Positions 17,149-27,339 of a DNA stretch of 38,519 nt are shown one piece after another. Source of the stretch: an uncultured Arcobacteraceae bacterium. Its GTDB lineage: Bacteria; Campylobacterota; Campylobacteria; Campylobacterales; Arcobacteraceae. Made by a program: the position numbers and the translations under genes. Below the pieces are notes generated by a model. It was given only the letters and a program-made list of their open reading frames with translations, did not search any database and was not told the DNA's origin. Within the stretch, counting starts at the first letter, position 1. Every line of letters starts with the position of its first letter. The stretch lies in assembly GCA_964022095.1 (NCBI GenBank), contig CAXHZO010000022.1, positions 1 to 38,519 on the forward strand, written 5' to 3'.

Positions 17149-18416
17149 TATACAACCTTAACTTGCTTTATTGCAGCAATCATAGTTGTGATAATTTTTC
17201 TTAAATTTTCATCACTAATATTATAAGAAACAATTGAATAAATCAACTTCCCAAAAGGCCTAATCCACACACCATTTTCAACACAATAATCTTGAATTAT
17301 TTGCGCATACTTATCATCTTTTAATTCAATTACTCCAATTGCACCAATATTTCTTATATCTTTTACCAAAGAAATATCTTTTGCTTTTTCTAGCTCATCT
17401 GAAAAAATTGTTTCTATTTTTTTTACGTTCTGCTTCCAGTTTGATTCAAGGAGTAAATCAATACTTGCATTTGCCACACTACAAGCTAAAGGATTAGCCA
17501 TAAATGTCGGGCCATGCATTAAAACTCCAATTTCGCTATTTGATATAGTATCACTAACATTTTTTGAAGTAAGCATTGCTGCCATAGTCATATAACCACC
17601 TGTTAAAGCCTTACCTAATGTCAGAATATCAGGTTTAATTCCTGCCCAATCACAAGCAAACATTTTTCCCGTATGCCCAAATCCAGTTGCTATTTCATCT
17701 GCAATAAATAAAATATCATATTTTTCACATAATTTTTTTGCATCTTTTAAAAACTTAGGATTATAGATTCTCATTCCACCAGCACCTTGAACAACTGGTT
17801 CAAATATGAAACCTGCAACTTCATTATGATATTTTTTCAATTTTTCTTCAAGATCAATTAAAGAATCACTATAATCACTATCTAAACCAATATTTGGCTC
17901 TTTTATAAAAATATGTTCAGGAAGATATGAGCCATAAATACTATGCATAGAGTTCTTTTGATCACAAACACTCATTGCTCCTAATGTATCACCATGATAA
18001 GCATTATTTAGTGCAATAAATTTGTATTTATTTTTACCTTTTGCTTTTTGATATAAAATTGCAGTTTTTAATGCAACTTCAACTGATACAGAACCACTAT
18101 CACATAAAAACACTGAATTTAATTCAGTTAATTTAATTAGTTTCTCACTTAATAAAGAAGCCTGCTCATGAGCTAGTCCCCCAAACATAATATGAGGCAT
18201 AATATCAACTTGCTTTTTTAGTGCTTCATTAAGTTTTGGGTGATTGTATCCATGAATTGCACTCCACCAAGAACTCATACCATCAATTAATTCTTTTCCA
18301 TCACTAAGAAAAATTGATGTTTCATTTGTAGAATCAACTCCTAATATTTTAGTCTTAGAAGGAAGTGAATTATAAGGATGCCAAACATGTTTTTTATCTA
18401 TATCTAACCAATTCAA
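17148..18416 (-). CDS. bioA: Adenosylmethionine-8-amino-7-oxononanoate aminotransferase
   Basis: HVWHPY, DGMSSWW, HIMFGG, DSGSVSVEVALK, YHGDT, DEIATGFG, LGKALTGG (PLP Lys), HGPTFMANPLAC. Confidence 0.97.
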   Translation of the reverse strand: MNWLDIDKKHVWHPYNSLPSKTKILGVDSTNETSIFLSDGKELIDGMSSWWSAIHGYNHPKLNEALKKQVDIMPHIMFGGLAHEQASLLSEKLIKLTELNSVFLCDSGSVSVEVALKTAILYQKAKGKNKYKFIALNNAYHGDTLGAMSVCDQKNSMHSIYGSYLPEHIFIKEPNIGLDSDYSDSLIDLEEKLKKYHNEVAGFIFEPVVQGAGGMRIYNPKFLKDAKKLCEKYDILFIADEIATGFGHTGKMFACDWAGIKPDILTLGKALTGGYMTMAAMLTSKNVSDTISNSEIGVLMHGPTFMANPLACSVANASIDLLLESNWKQNVKKIETIFSDELEKAKDISLVKDIRNIGAIGVIELKDDKYAQIIQDYCVENGVWIRPFGKLIYSIVSYNISDENLRKIITTMIAAIKQVKVV

Positions 18417-18443
18417 ATAAATTTATCCTATAATTTTTGAATT

Positions 18444-18452
18444 ATTATATCA
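18444..18452 (-). promoter_or_regulatory. Extended -10 promoter TGaTATAAT for bioA-nudix-sel1-FAH
   Basis: Perfect TGnTATAAT 27 nt upstream of the bioA start. Confidence 0.65.
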
Positions 18453-18456
18453 AAAA

Positions 18457-21066
18457 CTAAATTGCATCCAAAGTAATTGTAGTTAATGCACCCTTGTATT
18501 TTTCATCATTGTATGAAAACTCTATATTTTCTGTATTAATCATTCCATTCATATGCTTAATGATTATTTCTCTACACATATATAAGCCTATACCAGTGCC
18601 TTGACTTCTATGTTTTGTAGTAAAGTATGGTTCATAAATATTCTCTATAATATCTTCATCAATACCATTTGCATTGTCTTTAACTTTTATTATTGCCTTA
18701 TCATTTTCTTTTATAAGCTCAAGTAAGATTATTTTTAATGACATATTTTCATCAAAAGCATCTTTTGAGTTATTAAAAATATTTATCAGTACTTGAATTA
18801 ATTCTCTTTCAAAACTTTTTATTTTTATGTCTTGTGTAGCTGAAATTTTTATTTTAATATTTTTTGATTGAAATGTACTATTTAAAAGATTTACAACTTT
18901 TAAACAGCAATCATTTAATAAAAACTCTTTTTGTTGTTTTTCTGGCTCAAAAAAGTATCTAAAATCATCTATTGTTTCAGATAAATGATTAGATGTTCTA
19001 ACAATATTTTCTATCGATTCTTTTAAATATACTTCATCTAATGTATTAATCTCTTGTTTTATTTTTATACTGCTTGCTAATGTAGTAATTAAAGATAGTG
19101 GCTGTCTCCACTGGTGTGCAATATTTTCTATCATTCGTCCCATAGATACCATTTTTGATTGTTGGGATAAAAGCCTATCTTTTTTCAAATTCTCTTCAAC
19201 TTCTATTTTTACTCTTTTTTCTAATTGTTCATTAATTAAAATTAATTCTTTATTCTTCTCATCAACTTTTATTTTTAAATTCTCATTTACATCTTTTAAA
19301 ACTTTTTGTTTATACATAATTGCTAAAAATATAACAAATACAACAAATAAAATTTGCCAAATGATACTATAATCAATCTCCTTTTTGTACTCAACACTTA
19401 CCCATCTTTGAAGTATTTGATCAACTATAGAAGAATCTATATTTGATACTGCTATATCTAAAATTTCATATAGTTCATGGTAATCTTTTCTAACTGCTAT
19501 AGAAATAGGTACTGAATAATCTAACTTTGCTGAAACTCTTAATTTATTTAAATTATTTGCATGTATTTTATACCAAGAAGTATAAAGTAAATCAATATGT
19601 CCATAAAGTTCATCATTTTCAACTTTTTTTAGACCTTCATCCATTGAGTCAACTAATACAAAATCTATATTTTTATAAATTTTTTGAAGAAACTGTGTTG
19701 ATGCATAATTTTTAACTAAACTTATTTTCTTATTTCTTAATACAGAAATATCATCTATAAATGAAGCCTTTGCATTAGTTACTAATACAAAAGGAACATC
19801 TATAAAACTTTTGGTGAAGTTGGCAAAACTTTCTCTTTCTTTTAATTTAACAGCAGATGATAAGATATCACACTTTTTATTTTTTAAGTACTCTAAAGAT
19901 TGAGATAAGTTTTCTGTTTTGATTAAATTAAAACTTAATCCAGTTTTTTCTTCTAGTAAATTAAAATAATCAATTGCAAAGCCTGAGATATTATTGTTTT
20001 CTATAAAACTATACGGTCTTATATCTGGGATTATGCACATATTTACAATTGGATTTTTTTCTATATAGTTTTTATGAGAATTTGATAATTCAAGACTTTG
20101 ATTATCTTTTAAGTAGCTTTCAATCATGAAGCTATCAATATCTATTTTCTTATCTATTAAGCCTAGTACATTATATAAGTCATGTATTCGTTGTACTTTT
20201 TCTTTTTTAATTTGGCCAAGTTTTTTACTATTAAAAAAAGATAGTTTTCTTAATTCAACTGCTTCAAATACTAATTCATCTTTTGAAAGATTCTGATTAT
20301 TGTATTTCTTAATTATTAAATCAGATGCTTCTTCAATATTTGCATAGGCATATTCCCAACCTTTTATAGAAGCCTCTTTAAATGATTTTACTAATTGAAT
20401 ATTTTGATCTATTAGTTTTTTATTTGTATATAGAAAATCACTATATAAATCAAAACCATATTTTTTGGGATCAAATATGTTGTATTCAATATTTCTTTGT
20501 TGAAGCCAAAAAGGAGTTTTTGATATATATGCAGAGATTAGATCTGTTTTATTATTTATTAAATCATTATAATTATGGCTATGTTTTAAGAAAGTTAATT
20601 CGTTCAAATCTAATTTATGAGAAATTAACATAGCCTTTAAAGAAACTTCTCCTGAATCTTCTATTGTAGTCATCACTCTTTTGTTTTTAAACTTTTCAAT
20701 AGTATTTATATCTGACTCTTTTGTTGACAATAGTACTAATGGTGTAGCTTGGAACATTGCATATAAAGCAACAATATTTTCATTTTTTGCTTTTTCTAAA
20801 ATTAAAGTTTCTCTACCTATTGCAAAATCTATTTTTGAGTTATTTACAAGCTCTGGAATATTAATTCCAAATTTAAAAGGTTTGATTTCAACATCTAAGC
20901 CTAAATTTTTATAGAAACCTTTTTCTTTAGCAATATAATAACCTGCAAATTGGAATTGATCAAACCAAGAGAGTTGTAGTGTTACTTTTCTAAGCTCTTT
21001 AGCATTAAGAGCAGAAAAAGTAAAAATCATTAGTAAAAATATAAATAATCTATTTTGTTTCAACAT
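18457..21066 (-). CDS. Orphan sensor histidine kinase with NMT1/THI5-like and SBP family 3 periplasmic domains (start moved to ATG 21066; 869 aa)
   Basis: Signal-like MLKQNRLFIFLLMIF..., VTLQLSWFDQFQFAGYYIAKEKGFY (NMT1/THI5), second SBP domain, TM, IAHQWRQPL, DNANG, GTGIGL. AAGGTG SD before 21066. Confidence 0.9.
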   Translation of the reverse strand: MLKQNRLFIFLLMIFTFSALNAKELRKVTLQLSWFDQFQFAGYYIAKEKGFYKNLGLDVEIKPFKFGINIPELVNNSKIDFAIGRETLILEKAKNENIVALYAMFQATPLVLLSTKESDINTIEKFKNKRVMTTIEDSGEVSLKAMLISHKLDLNELTFLKHSHNYNDLINNKTDLISAYISKTPFWLQQRNIEYNIFDPKKYGFDLYSDFLYTNKKLIDQNIQLVKSFKEASIKGWEYAYANIEEASDLIIKKYNNQNLSKDELVFEAVELRKLSFFNSKKLGQIKKEKVQRIHDLYNVLGLIDKKIDIDSFMIESYLKDNQSLELSNSHKNYIEKNPIVNMCIIPDIRPYSFIENNNISGFAIDYFNLLEEKTGLSFNLIKTENLSQSLEYLKNKKCDILSSAVKLKERESFANFTKSFIDVPFVLVTNAKASFIDDISVLRNKKISLVKNYASTQFLQKIYKNIDFVLVDSMDEGLKKVENDELYGHIDLLYTSWYKIHANNLNKLRVSAKLDYSVPISIAVRKDYHELYEILDIAVSNIDSSIVDQILQRWVSVEYKKEIDYSIIWQILFVVFVIFLAIMYKQKVLKDVNENLKIKVDEKNKELILINEQLEKRVKIEVEENLKKDRLLSQQSKMVSMGRMIENIAHQWRQPLSLITTLASSIKIKQEINTLDEVYLKESIENIVRTSNHLSETIDDFRYFFEPEKQQKEFLLNDCCLKVVNLLNSTFQSKNIKIKISATQDIKIKSFERELIQVLINIFNNSKDAFDENMSLKIILLELIKENDKAIIKVKDNANGIDEDIIENIYEPYFTTKHRSQGTGIGLYMCREIIIKHMNGMINTENIEFSYNDEKYKGALTTITLDAI

Positions 21067-21103
21067 AAACACCTTGATATACCTTAAAAAAAGGCCATAA
21101 AAT

Positions 21104-21112
21104 ATTATATCA
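21104..21112 (-). promoter_or_regulatory. Extended -10 promoter TGaTATAAT for the NMT1-domain kinase
   Basis: Perfect TGnTATAAT 37 nt upstream of ATG 21066; supports the shorter start. Confidence 0.6.
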
Positions 21113-21285
21113 AAAAAGTTAGATTGTTTATACTTAAGCCATGTGAGAAACCTTAATAATAAATACAATAGTAAAGTGTTTTTAAAATCATTAATTTTGC
21201 TTAGATAGAAAGTTTTAATCTTTTTACTAGCCAAATAAAATATTCTTAGTTATAATCAAATTTAAATAAAATATTAGGCAATAAT

Positions 21286-22347
21286 ATGAATAAATTATCA
21301 AATAAAAAAATAAAAGGTTCTTTTTTTGGAGCAATTGTAGCAGATGCTTTATGTTTAGGTTCACATTATGAATATGATGCAAAAAAAATATACAAAGCTT
21401 ATGGAGAAAAACCTATAGAGAGATTTATGAGTCCAGGTGAAATGATGGGTGGAGAAACCCATGGTATAGGTTGGGGGCAAAGAAACTATCACCCAGGTAA
21501 AAAAGCAGGAGGTACTACAGATTATGGAGACTATAATATCTTAGTGCTTGAGCATTTAGCTACAACTTCTAATCCACCTAGAGAGTTTAATTTGCAAGAA
21601 CTTATTCCCCATTGGATGAATCGTTTAGAAAATAACTGGGGTTCATGGATATGTACAATGACAAAAGAAACATACACTCAAGTTAAACGTGGTACACAAA
21701 TTCAGTACTTAGGTGGAATTTCAAATGCTATGGCAATACGTCATGTTGCTGCACATGGGTATTATGAGACGGAAGAAGAATTAGTTAATGTGGCTAGAAA
21801 AGCTATGTTTACACATAAAGACTTTTCAGCACTTGGTGGTGGAGAGTTTTTTGCAAGAGTGAATCATAGAGTTTTAAGAGGTAAAAATCCAAGGGAAGCA
21901 ATAGAAGAAGTTGCAATACAAATGGGTGGCTTTTTTGAGGAAAAAACAAAACAAGCAATAGCAAAATATGAAGAAGAAAAAGATGAAAATACACAACTTT
22001 CAAAAGAAAAATTTAGTGATGATTTAGCATTAACTAGTATGGCTAGACTTTGGGATATAGGAAGAAGTGAACCTATTAAAGTTGGAAAAGCTAGTCCAAC
22101 TGAGGGGACACTTCCTGGAAGTATTTACTTTATACTTAAATATGCTAATAAAGAAGATGGCCTAAAAAAAGCTTTACAAGCTAATGCAATGGTTGGAGGA
22201 GACAATGCTTCTCGTGCTATAGCTATAGGTATGGTACTTGGTTCTCACTTTGGTATAGATGCTATTCCTAAACAATGGAAAGAAAGCTTAGAGCAATGGG
22301 ATTATTGTAATAAGTTATTAGATCAATTACCTTTACTTAAAAAGTAA
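21286..22347 (+). CDS. ADP-ribosylglycohydrolase family protein (atypical active-site motifs)
   Basis: GAIVADALCLG, GTTDYGD, SNAMAIR, FTH, NAMVGGDNASRAIAIGMVLG..FG.DAIP.QW; TATAAT at 21251-21256. Confidence 0.85.
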   Translation: MNKLSNKKIKGSFFGAIVADALCLGSHYEYDAKKIYKAYGEKPIERFMSPGEMMGGETHGIGWGQRNYHPGKKAGGTTDYGDYNILVLEHLATTSNPPREFNLQELIPHWMNRLENNWGSWICTMTKETYTQVKRGTQIQYLGGISNAMAIRHVAAHGYYETEEELVNVARKAMFTHKDFSALGGGEFFARVNHRVLRGKNPREAIEEVAIQMGGFFEEKTKQAIAKYEEEKDENTQLSKEKFSDDLALTSMARLWDIGRSEPIKVGKASPTEGTLPGSIYFILKYANKEDGLKKALQANAMVGGDNASRAIAIGMVLGSHFGIDAIPKQWKESLEQWDYCNKLLDQLPLLKK

Positions 22348-22359
22348 AGTTTAATTTTT

Positions 22360-22390
22360 AATATTCTCAAGTTTTAAACTTGAGAATATT
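22360..22390. terminator. Bidirectional intrinsic terminator between the convergent ARH gene and purH
   Basis: Perfect 15-bp inverted repeat AATATTCTCAAGTTT-t-AAACTTGAGAATATT. Confidence 0.75.
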
Positions 22391-22402
22391 TATAAAAAAG
22401 GT

Positions 22403-23935
22403 CTAGTGTAAAAAGTGTCTTTTATTTGAGAAGTATAAAGCCATACCAAATTCATTAGCTGCTTCTATAATCTCCTCATCTCTGATACTTCCACCTGGTT
22501 CAATTACACATTTAACACCAGCTTCTTGTGCAGCATCAATTGAGTCTCTAAATGGGAAGAATGCTTCAGATGCTAAAACTGAACCAGTTACATCTAAACC
22601 TAAATCTTCTGCTTTTCTTAATGCTGCTTTTGCTGCATCAACTCTTGAAGTCATACCCATTCCAACAGCAACCATTGCAGAATTTTTAACATAAACTACA
22701 CAGTTTGATTTAGTTAATGAAGCTACTTTATATGCAATTTCCATATCTTTAACTTCTTGCTCAGTTGCTTGTCTGTCAGATTTAAGTTCAGAGTTTCTAA
22801 CTTCATCATCTTCAACTTTATCAGCATCTTGGTAAACAAACCCACCATCAACAATTTTGAAATTAATATCATCATTTGCCATTTCAAGTTTTGTTGTACC
22901 TTGTTTAAATAGTTTGATTCTTTTCTTTTTATTTAATTCTTCTTCTGCTTCAGGAGTGAAATCAGCAGCAAATACTACTTCTAAAAAGATTTCATTCATT
23001 TTAACAGCTAAAGGTAAATCTACAATACCATTTACAGCAACTACTCCACCAAATGCAGAGATTGGATCACATTTTAAAGCTTCAGTATAAGATTCTAATA
23101 GTGTATCTTTAATAGCAAAACCACAAGGGTTTCCATGCTTTACAATACAAACTGCATTATCATCACCAAAAGCAGATGCGATTTTAGCAGCTCCACTAAT
23201 ATCACCCATATTATTAAATGATGCCTCACCTTTTAAAGTGATAAATTTATTTGATAAGTGTTTATCAAACTCATATAAAGCGCCTTTTTGATGAGGATTT
23301 TCTCCATATCTAGTATCAAATACTTTTTCACCAACAATGAACTGTTTTGCACCCATTCCATTGTTAAATCTTTTGTTCATATAATTAGCAATCATAGAAT
23401 CATAAGCAGCTGTATGCTCATATGCTTTAATCATCATATCTCTTCTAAACTCAGCAGTATTAGTGTCATTTTTTAAGTTATTTAAAACAACATCATAATC
23501 AACAACATCAGTTACAATAATTACAGAATCATGGTTTTTAGCAGCACTTCTAACCATAGCAGGTCCACCAATATCAATATTTTCAATAATCTCTTCAAAA
23601 TCATCAGTTTTTTCAATAGTAGCTTTAAATGGATATAAGTTTACACATACTAAATCAATTCCTTCAACACCTAATTCTTTTGCTTGATCTAAGTGTGATT
23701 GTTTATCCCTTCTATGTAAAATCCCACCATGAATATATGGATTTAAAGTTTTAACTCTACCTTCAAAACACTCAGGAAATTTTGTAACTTCATTTGCTTC
23801 AATTACTGCAATTCCTGCATCTTTTAACTTATTGTATGTACCACCAGTTGAGATGATTTCATAACCTAATTCAACTAACTCTTTAGCGAAATTTTCAACA
23901 CCACTTTTGTCACTAACACTAATTAATGCTCTCAT
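22403..23935 (-). CDS. purH: Bifunctional AICAR transformylase/IMP cyclohydrolase
   Basis: [56 protein letters not shown]. Confidence 0.98.
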   Translation of the reverse strand: MRALISVSDKSGVENFAKELVELGYEIISTGGTYNKLKDAGIAVIEANEVTKFPECFEGRVKTLNPYIHGGILHRRDKQSHLDQAKELGVEGIDLVCVNLYPFKATIEKTDDFEEIIENIDIGGPAMVRSAAKNHDSVIIVTDVVDYDVVLNNLKNDTNTAEFRRDMMIKAYEHTAAYDSMIANYMNKRFNNGMGAKQFIVGEKVFDTRYGENPHQKGALYEFDKHLSNKFITLKGEASFNNMGDISGAAKIASAFGDDNAVCIVKHGNPCGFAIKDTLLESYTEALKCDPISAFGGVVAVNGIVDLPLAVKMNEIFLEVVFAADFTPEAEEELNKKKRIKLFKQGTTKLEMANDDINFKIVDGGFVYQDADKVEDDEVRNSELKSDRQATEQEVKDMEIAYKVASLTKSNCVVYVKNSAMVAVGMGMTSRVDAAKAALRKAEDLGLDVTGSVLASEAFFPFRDSIDAAQEAGVKCVIEPGGSIRDEEIIEAANEFGMALYFSNKRHFLH

Positions 23936-23971
23936 TTATACTAGTCCTTATTAAATTTTATCTATCAAAAT

Positions 23972-24009
23972 AAAAAAAGCCAGACTCAAATTAATGAATC
24001 TGGCTTTTT
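23972..24009 (-). terminator. Intrinsic terminator after purL
   Basis: Minus strand GCCAGAUUCA-uuaauu-UGAGUCUGGC (one U.G pair) followed by U7. Confidence 0.8.
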
Positions 24010-24021
24010 AAGAAAGTTTTA

Positions 24022-26235
24022 TTATAAATCTTGTTCGATTACTTGTCTAAATTTATTGAAATATACATCTTTTGCTGCATCTAAATCTTTGTAAATATCA
24101 TTAATAGAGATTTTATCTCCTGATACTTGACCGATTTTAGAACACTCAAGATCAAATGATGCTGCAACTTTTTCAAATGCCTCACAGTTTTCTGGTCTAA
24201 CTTCAATAATAGCTCTACTTAAAGACTCAGCAAAAATATCTTTTGAGTCATCTAAAGAAATACTAGCTTCAATACCTTTGTTTCCAACTACTGCCATTTT
24301 AGCTAGTGCTATTGCAATACCACCAACATTTACATCTTTTGCAGATTTAATTAAATCAGCTTTATTTGCTTCAATTACAGTATTCCATAAAGAAAGCTCT
24401 TTTTTAAAGTCAACTTCTGGATGAACTCCTGCAACTTTTCCATACAGTTTTTTCATATATAAAGAAGCTCCAAACTCACCTTTAGTTTCACCTAATAAGT
24501 AAAGAATATTTCCTTCTTCTTGAACACATGATGGTAAAGATTTATTTGCATCATCATTTACACCAACCATTGCAATTGCTGGAGTTGGGAATACACCAAC
24601 ACCATTTGTTTCATTGTATAGTGATACATTTCCACCAATTACAGGAGTATTTAATTCTTTACAAGCTGCTTTTATACCTTCACAAGCTGCAGCAAATTGC
24701 CACATTACTTCTGGATTTTGAGGATTTCCAAAGTTAAGACAATCAGTGATTGCTTTTGGAGTAGCACCTGTCATTGCAACATTTCTACCTGACTCCATAA
24801 CAGCTGCTGCTGCCCCAAGTTCAGGGTTAACATAACATTGTCTAGTATTACAATCAGCACTCATTGCTAAAGCTTTTCCTGTCTCTTTTACTCTGATTAC
24901 AGAACCGTCATTTTTACCAGGTCCTTTTACAGTATTTGTTTGTACCATTGAGTCATATTGGTCATAAACCCAAGATTTATCAACAACTTCCATATCAGAG
25001 AATATATCATCAAATGCAACTTGATTTGAAATCTCTTTATCTAAAGTTATATTTTCAATATCTTCTAAGTAAGCTGGTTTTGATACAGGTCTATCTAAAA
25101 TAGGAGCTTCTTCTGATACTGGTTGAACAGGAACTTCTGCACATTTCTCACCATGCCAGAACAATTCCATATTTCCAGTTGCTGTTACTTCACCAATAAC
25201 AGCAACATCTAGTTCCCATTTTTCAAAGATATCAATAATAGCTTGCTCGCTACCTTTTTTAGCACAAATAAGCATTCTTTCTTGTGATTCTGAAAGCATA
25301 AAGTCATAAGGAGTCATTCCTTCTTCTCTTGCTGGAACCTTATCTAAATGCATAATCATACCAGATCCAGATCTTCCTGCCATTTCAAATGAAGATGAAG
25401 TAAGACCAGCTGCACCCATATCTTGAATACCAATAATTAAATCTTCTTTAAATAATTCTAAACAAGCTTCTAAAAGTAATTTTTCAGTAAATGGATCTCC
25501 AACTTGTACTGTTGGTCTTTTTGATTCAGAATCTTCAGTAAATGAAGCAGAACTCATTACAGCTCCACCTAATCCATCTCTACCAGTTTTTGAACCAACA
25601 TACATTACTGGGTTTCCAATACCTTCTGCTTTTCCATAGAAAATTTCATCAGCTTTTGCAATACCTAAGTTGAATGCATTTACTAAGTTATTACCAGCAT
25701 AACACTCTTCGAAGTTTGTTTGTCCACCAATTGTTGGAACACCCATACAGTTACCATATCCACCAATACCAGCAACAACACCTCTTAAAAGATATCTGTG
25801 TTTTTGAGCAGTTTCACTATCCCCTTCAATTCCAGCAAATTGAATTAAGTTCATAGATGCAACAGGTCTTGCACCCATTGTAAACACATCTCTCATAATT
25901 CCACCAACACCAGTTGCTGCACCTTGGTAAGGTTCAATAAATGACGGGTGATTATGTGATTCCATTTTAAATACAGCTGCGTATCCATCACCAATATCGA
26001 TTACACCAGCATTTTCACCTGGACCTTGGATAACCCATGGAGCGCTAACTGGGAAACCTTTTAAATATTTTGTACTAGATTTGTATGAACAGTGTTCAGA
26101 CCACATCGCAGAAAAAATACCAATCTCTACATAGTTTGGTTCTCTTCCTAAAATCTCTTTGATATTGTCTAATTCTTCAAGTGTTAATGAGTGAGCAAGT
26201 GCTAACTCTTCTAAAGTCATCTCTTTTTTTTGCAT
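24022..26235 (-). CDS. purL: Phosphoribosylformylglycinamidine synthase subunit PurL (small form)
   Basis: [58 protein letters not shown]; 737 aa. Confidence 0.98.
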   Translation of the reverse strand: MQKKEMTLEELALAHSLTLEELDNIKEILGREPNYVEIGIFSAMWSEHCSYKSSTKYLKGFPVSAPWVIQGPGENAGVIDIGDGYAAVFKMESHNHPSFIEPYQGAATGVGGIMRDVFTMGARPVASMNLIQFAGIEGDSETAQKHRYLLRGVVAGIGGYGNCMGVPTIGGQTNFEECYAGNNLVNAFNLGIAKADEIFYGKAEGIGNPVMYVGSKTGRDGLGGAVMSSASFTEDSESKRPTVQVGDPFTEKLLLEACLELFKEDLIIGIQDMGAAGLTSSSFEMAGRSGSGMIMHLDKVPAREEGMTPYDFMLSESQERMLICAKKGSEQAIIDIFEKWELDVAVIGEVTATGNMELFWHGEKCAEVPVQPVSEEAPILDRPVSKPAYLEDIENITLDKEISNQVAFDDIFSDMEVVDKSWVYDQYDSMVQTNTVKGPGKNDGSVIRVKETGKALAMSADCNTRQCYVNPELGAAAAVMESGRNVAMTGATPKAITDCLNFGNPQNPEVMWQFAAACEGIKAACKELNTPVIGGNVSLYNETNGVGVFPTPAIAMVGVNDDANKSLPSCVQEEGNILYLLGETKGEFGASLYMKKLYGKVAGVHPEVDFKKELSLWNTVIEANKADLIKSAKDVNVGGIAIALAKMAVVGNKGIEASISLDDSKDIFAESLSRAIIEVRPENCEAFEKVAASFDLECSKIGQVSGDKISINDIYKDLDAAKDVYFNKFRQVIEQDL

Positions 26236-26299
26236 TTCTCGCCTTAAGTATGATTGTTAAGTAAAGGCGATTTTATCTAAATTTGGGTTAAAGTAAGTT

Positions 26300-27259
26300 T
26301 TAACCCTCAGTAAGTATTTTTACTTCTCCATCAATAAATTCAACATAAAGCTCTTTTTTACCAAAAAATTTAACTGCTGGACTGATGTAATCTTCATCCA
26401 TGATAACCTTATATATTCTTTTGTCTAAAGAGTTAGGATATGGAGAAATATCTATATTATAAAGTTTGATTTTTTTCTTTTCTTTTTTTGAAAAAATTCT
26501 TTTTTTGTACCTTTTAAACTCTTGTAATTCCATTCCATCAAATCTTTTAAAATTTTCAGAATAGAAATTTAAGTACTCATAAATATTAGAATACTTCCAA
26601 GCATCTTTCCAGTCATAGATCATTGCAAGTATTTTTGAAACTTCTTCTTTTGTTGCTTCTTGTAGAATACCTGATGCAGTAAGTAAAACAGTGTTTTCTA
26701 AATCTATTGATTTTTCTAGCTCTTCTAATTGAGGATTATCTAATGCAATACATCCTCTTGTAAACTTTTCTCTTTCTTCATTTAAAGGCATTCCATGAAT
26801 CCAAATTCCAGAGCCATCTTTACCTAAAGTTTTATCAAAAGTATTTGGATAAGAAGTTACTAATGCAAAAGGTCCATAGAATTGATCAAGGTTTGTCTTT
26901 TTTTCAGTTAAATCATAAACCCCTATTGGAGTTTTTTTATCACCTTCAAAAAACTTATCACCTTCATTTTCACCTACAATAACACTATTTCTAGAGATAA
27001 GTTCTAGTTCATAATTTTCGTTCTTGTATAAAGCAATTTCACTTTGATTTTTATGTGTTACTAGAACATATTTTTTTGTTTCATAATAACCATATTTTAT
27101 ATCTTTATTCTCTAAGTATTCCATCCAATAATTTTGGTCTTTTAATTTCTCATCTAATAATTCTTGAACAGATGAAAGTCCTTGGTTTCTATATATTTCT
27201 ACTAAATCTTTTGAAAATAGATTTAAAGTTAAAAATAAAAAAACTATAATTTTAAGCAA
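26300..27259 (-). CDS. L,D-transpeptidase-fold protein with C-terminal NTF2-like domain, Csd6/Pgp2-type L,D-carboxypeptidase (start probably TTG 27259)
   Basis: Signal peptide, EGDKKTP.GVY, YPN.FD, GSGIWIHG...TRGC (catalytic His/Cys), WKDAW...YL.FYS; GGGGA SD at 27269-27265. Confidence 0.85.
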   Translation of the reverse strand: MLKIIVFLFLTLNLFSKDLVEIYRNQGLSSVQELLDEKLKDQNYWMEYLENKDIKYGYYETKKYVLVTHKNQSEIALYKNENYELELISRNSVIVGENEGDKFFEGDKKTPIGVYDLTEKKTNLDQFYGPFALVTSYPNTFDKTLGKDGSGIWIHGMPLNEEREKFTRGCIALDNPQLEELEKSIDLENTVLLTASGILQEATKEEVSKILAMIYDWKDAWKYSNIYEYLNFYSENFKRFDGMELQEFKRYKKRIFSKKEKKKIKLYNIDISPYPNSLDKRIYKVIMDEDYISPAVKFFGKKELYVEFIDGEVKILTEG

Positions 27260-27339
27260 CACAATCCCCATATATATTTTTAAGTTGCGCAATTGTATAA
27301 TATTCATCCTTAATTAATAAAAATAAAAGCGGTGTCATT

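Noticed and set aside
1468..19126. Near-identical DNA stretch TGGCTGTCTCCACTGGTG(G/T)GCAATATTT at ~1468 and ~19099
   Set aside because: It encodes the conserved H-box NIAHQWRQPL of paralogous kinases; not a mobile or regulatory repeat.
21067..21234. 56-aa N-terminal extension of the NMT1 kinase in the ORF track
   Set aside because: An SD, a signal-like N-terminus and an extended -10 all support ATG 21066; the extension spans the promoter.
21233..21275. 12-bp direct repeat AAATAAAATATT flanking the ARH gene -10 box
   Set aside because: All A/T in a very AT-rich intergenic region, so chance is likely.
16492..22347. Nudix plus ADP-ribosylglycohydrolase as an ADP-ribose processing or defence system
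   Set aside because: The Nudix has the CoA-pyrophosphatase motif, is 4 kb away on the other strand and sits in the bioA operon.
23936..24021. ZTP (pfl) riboswitch upstream of purH
   Set aside because: Only a single terminator hairpin fits; no aptamer motifs and no room for them.
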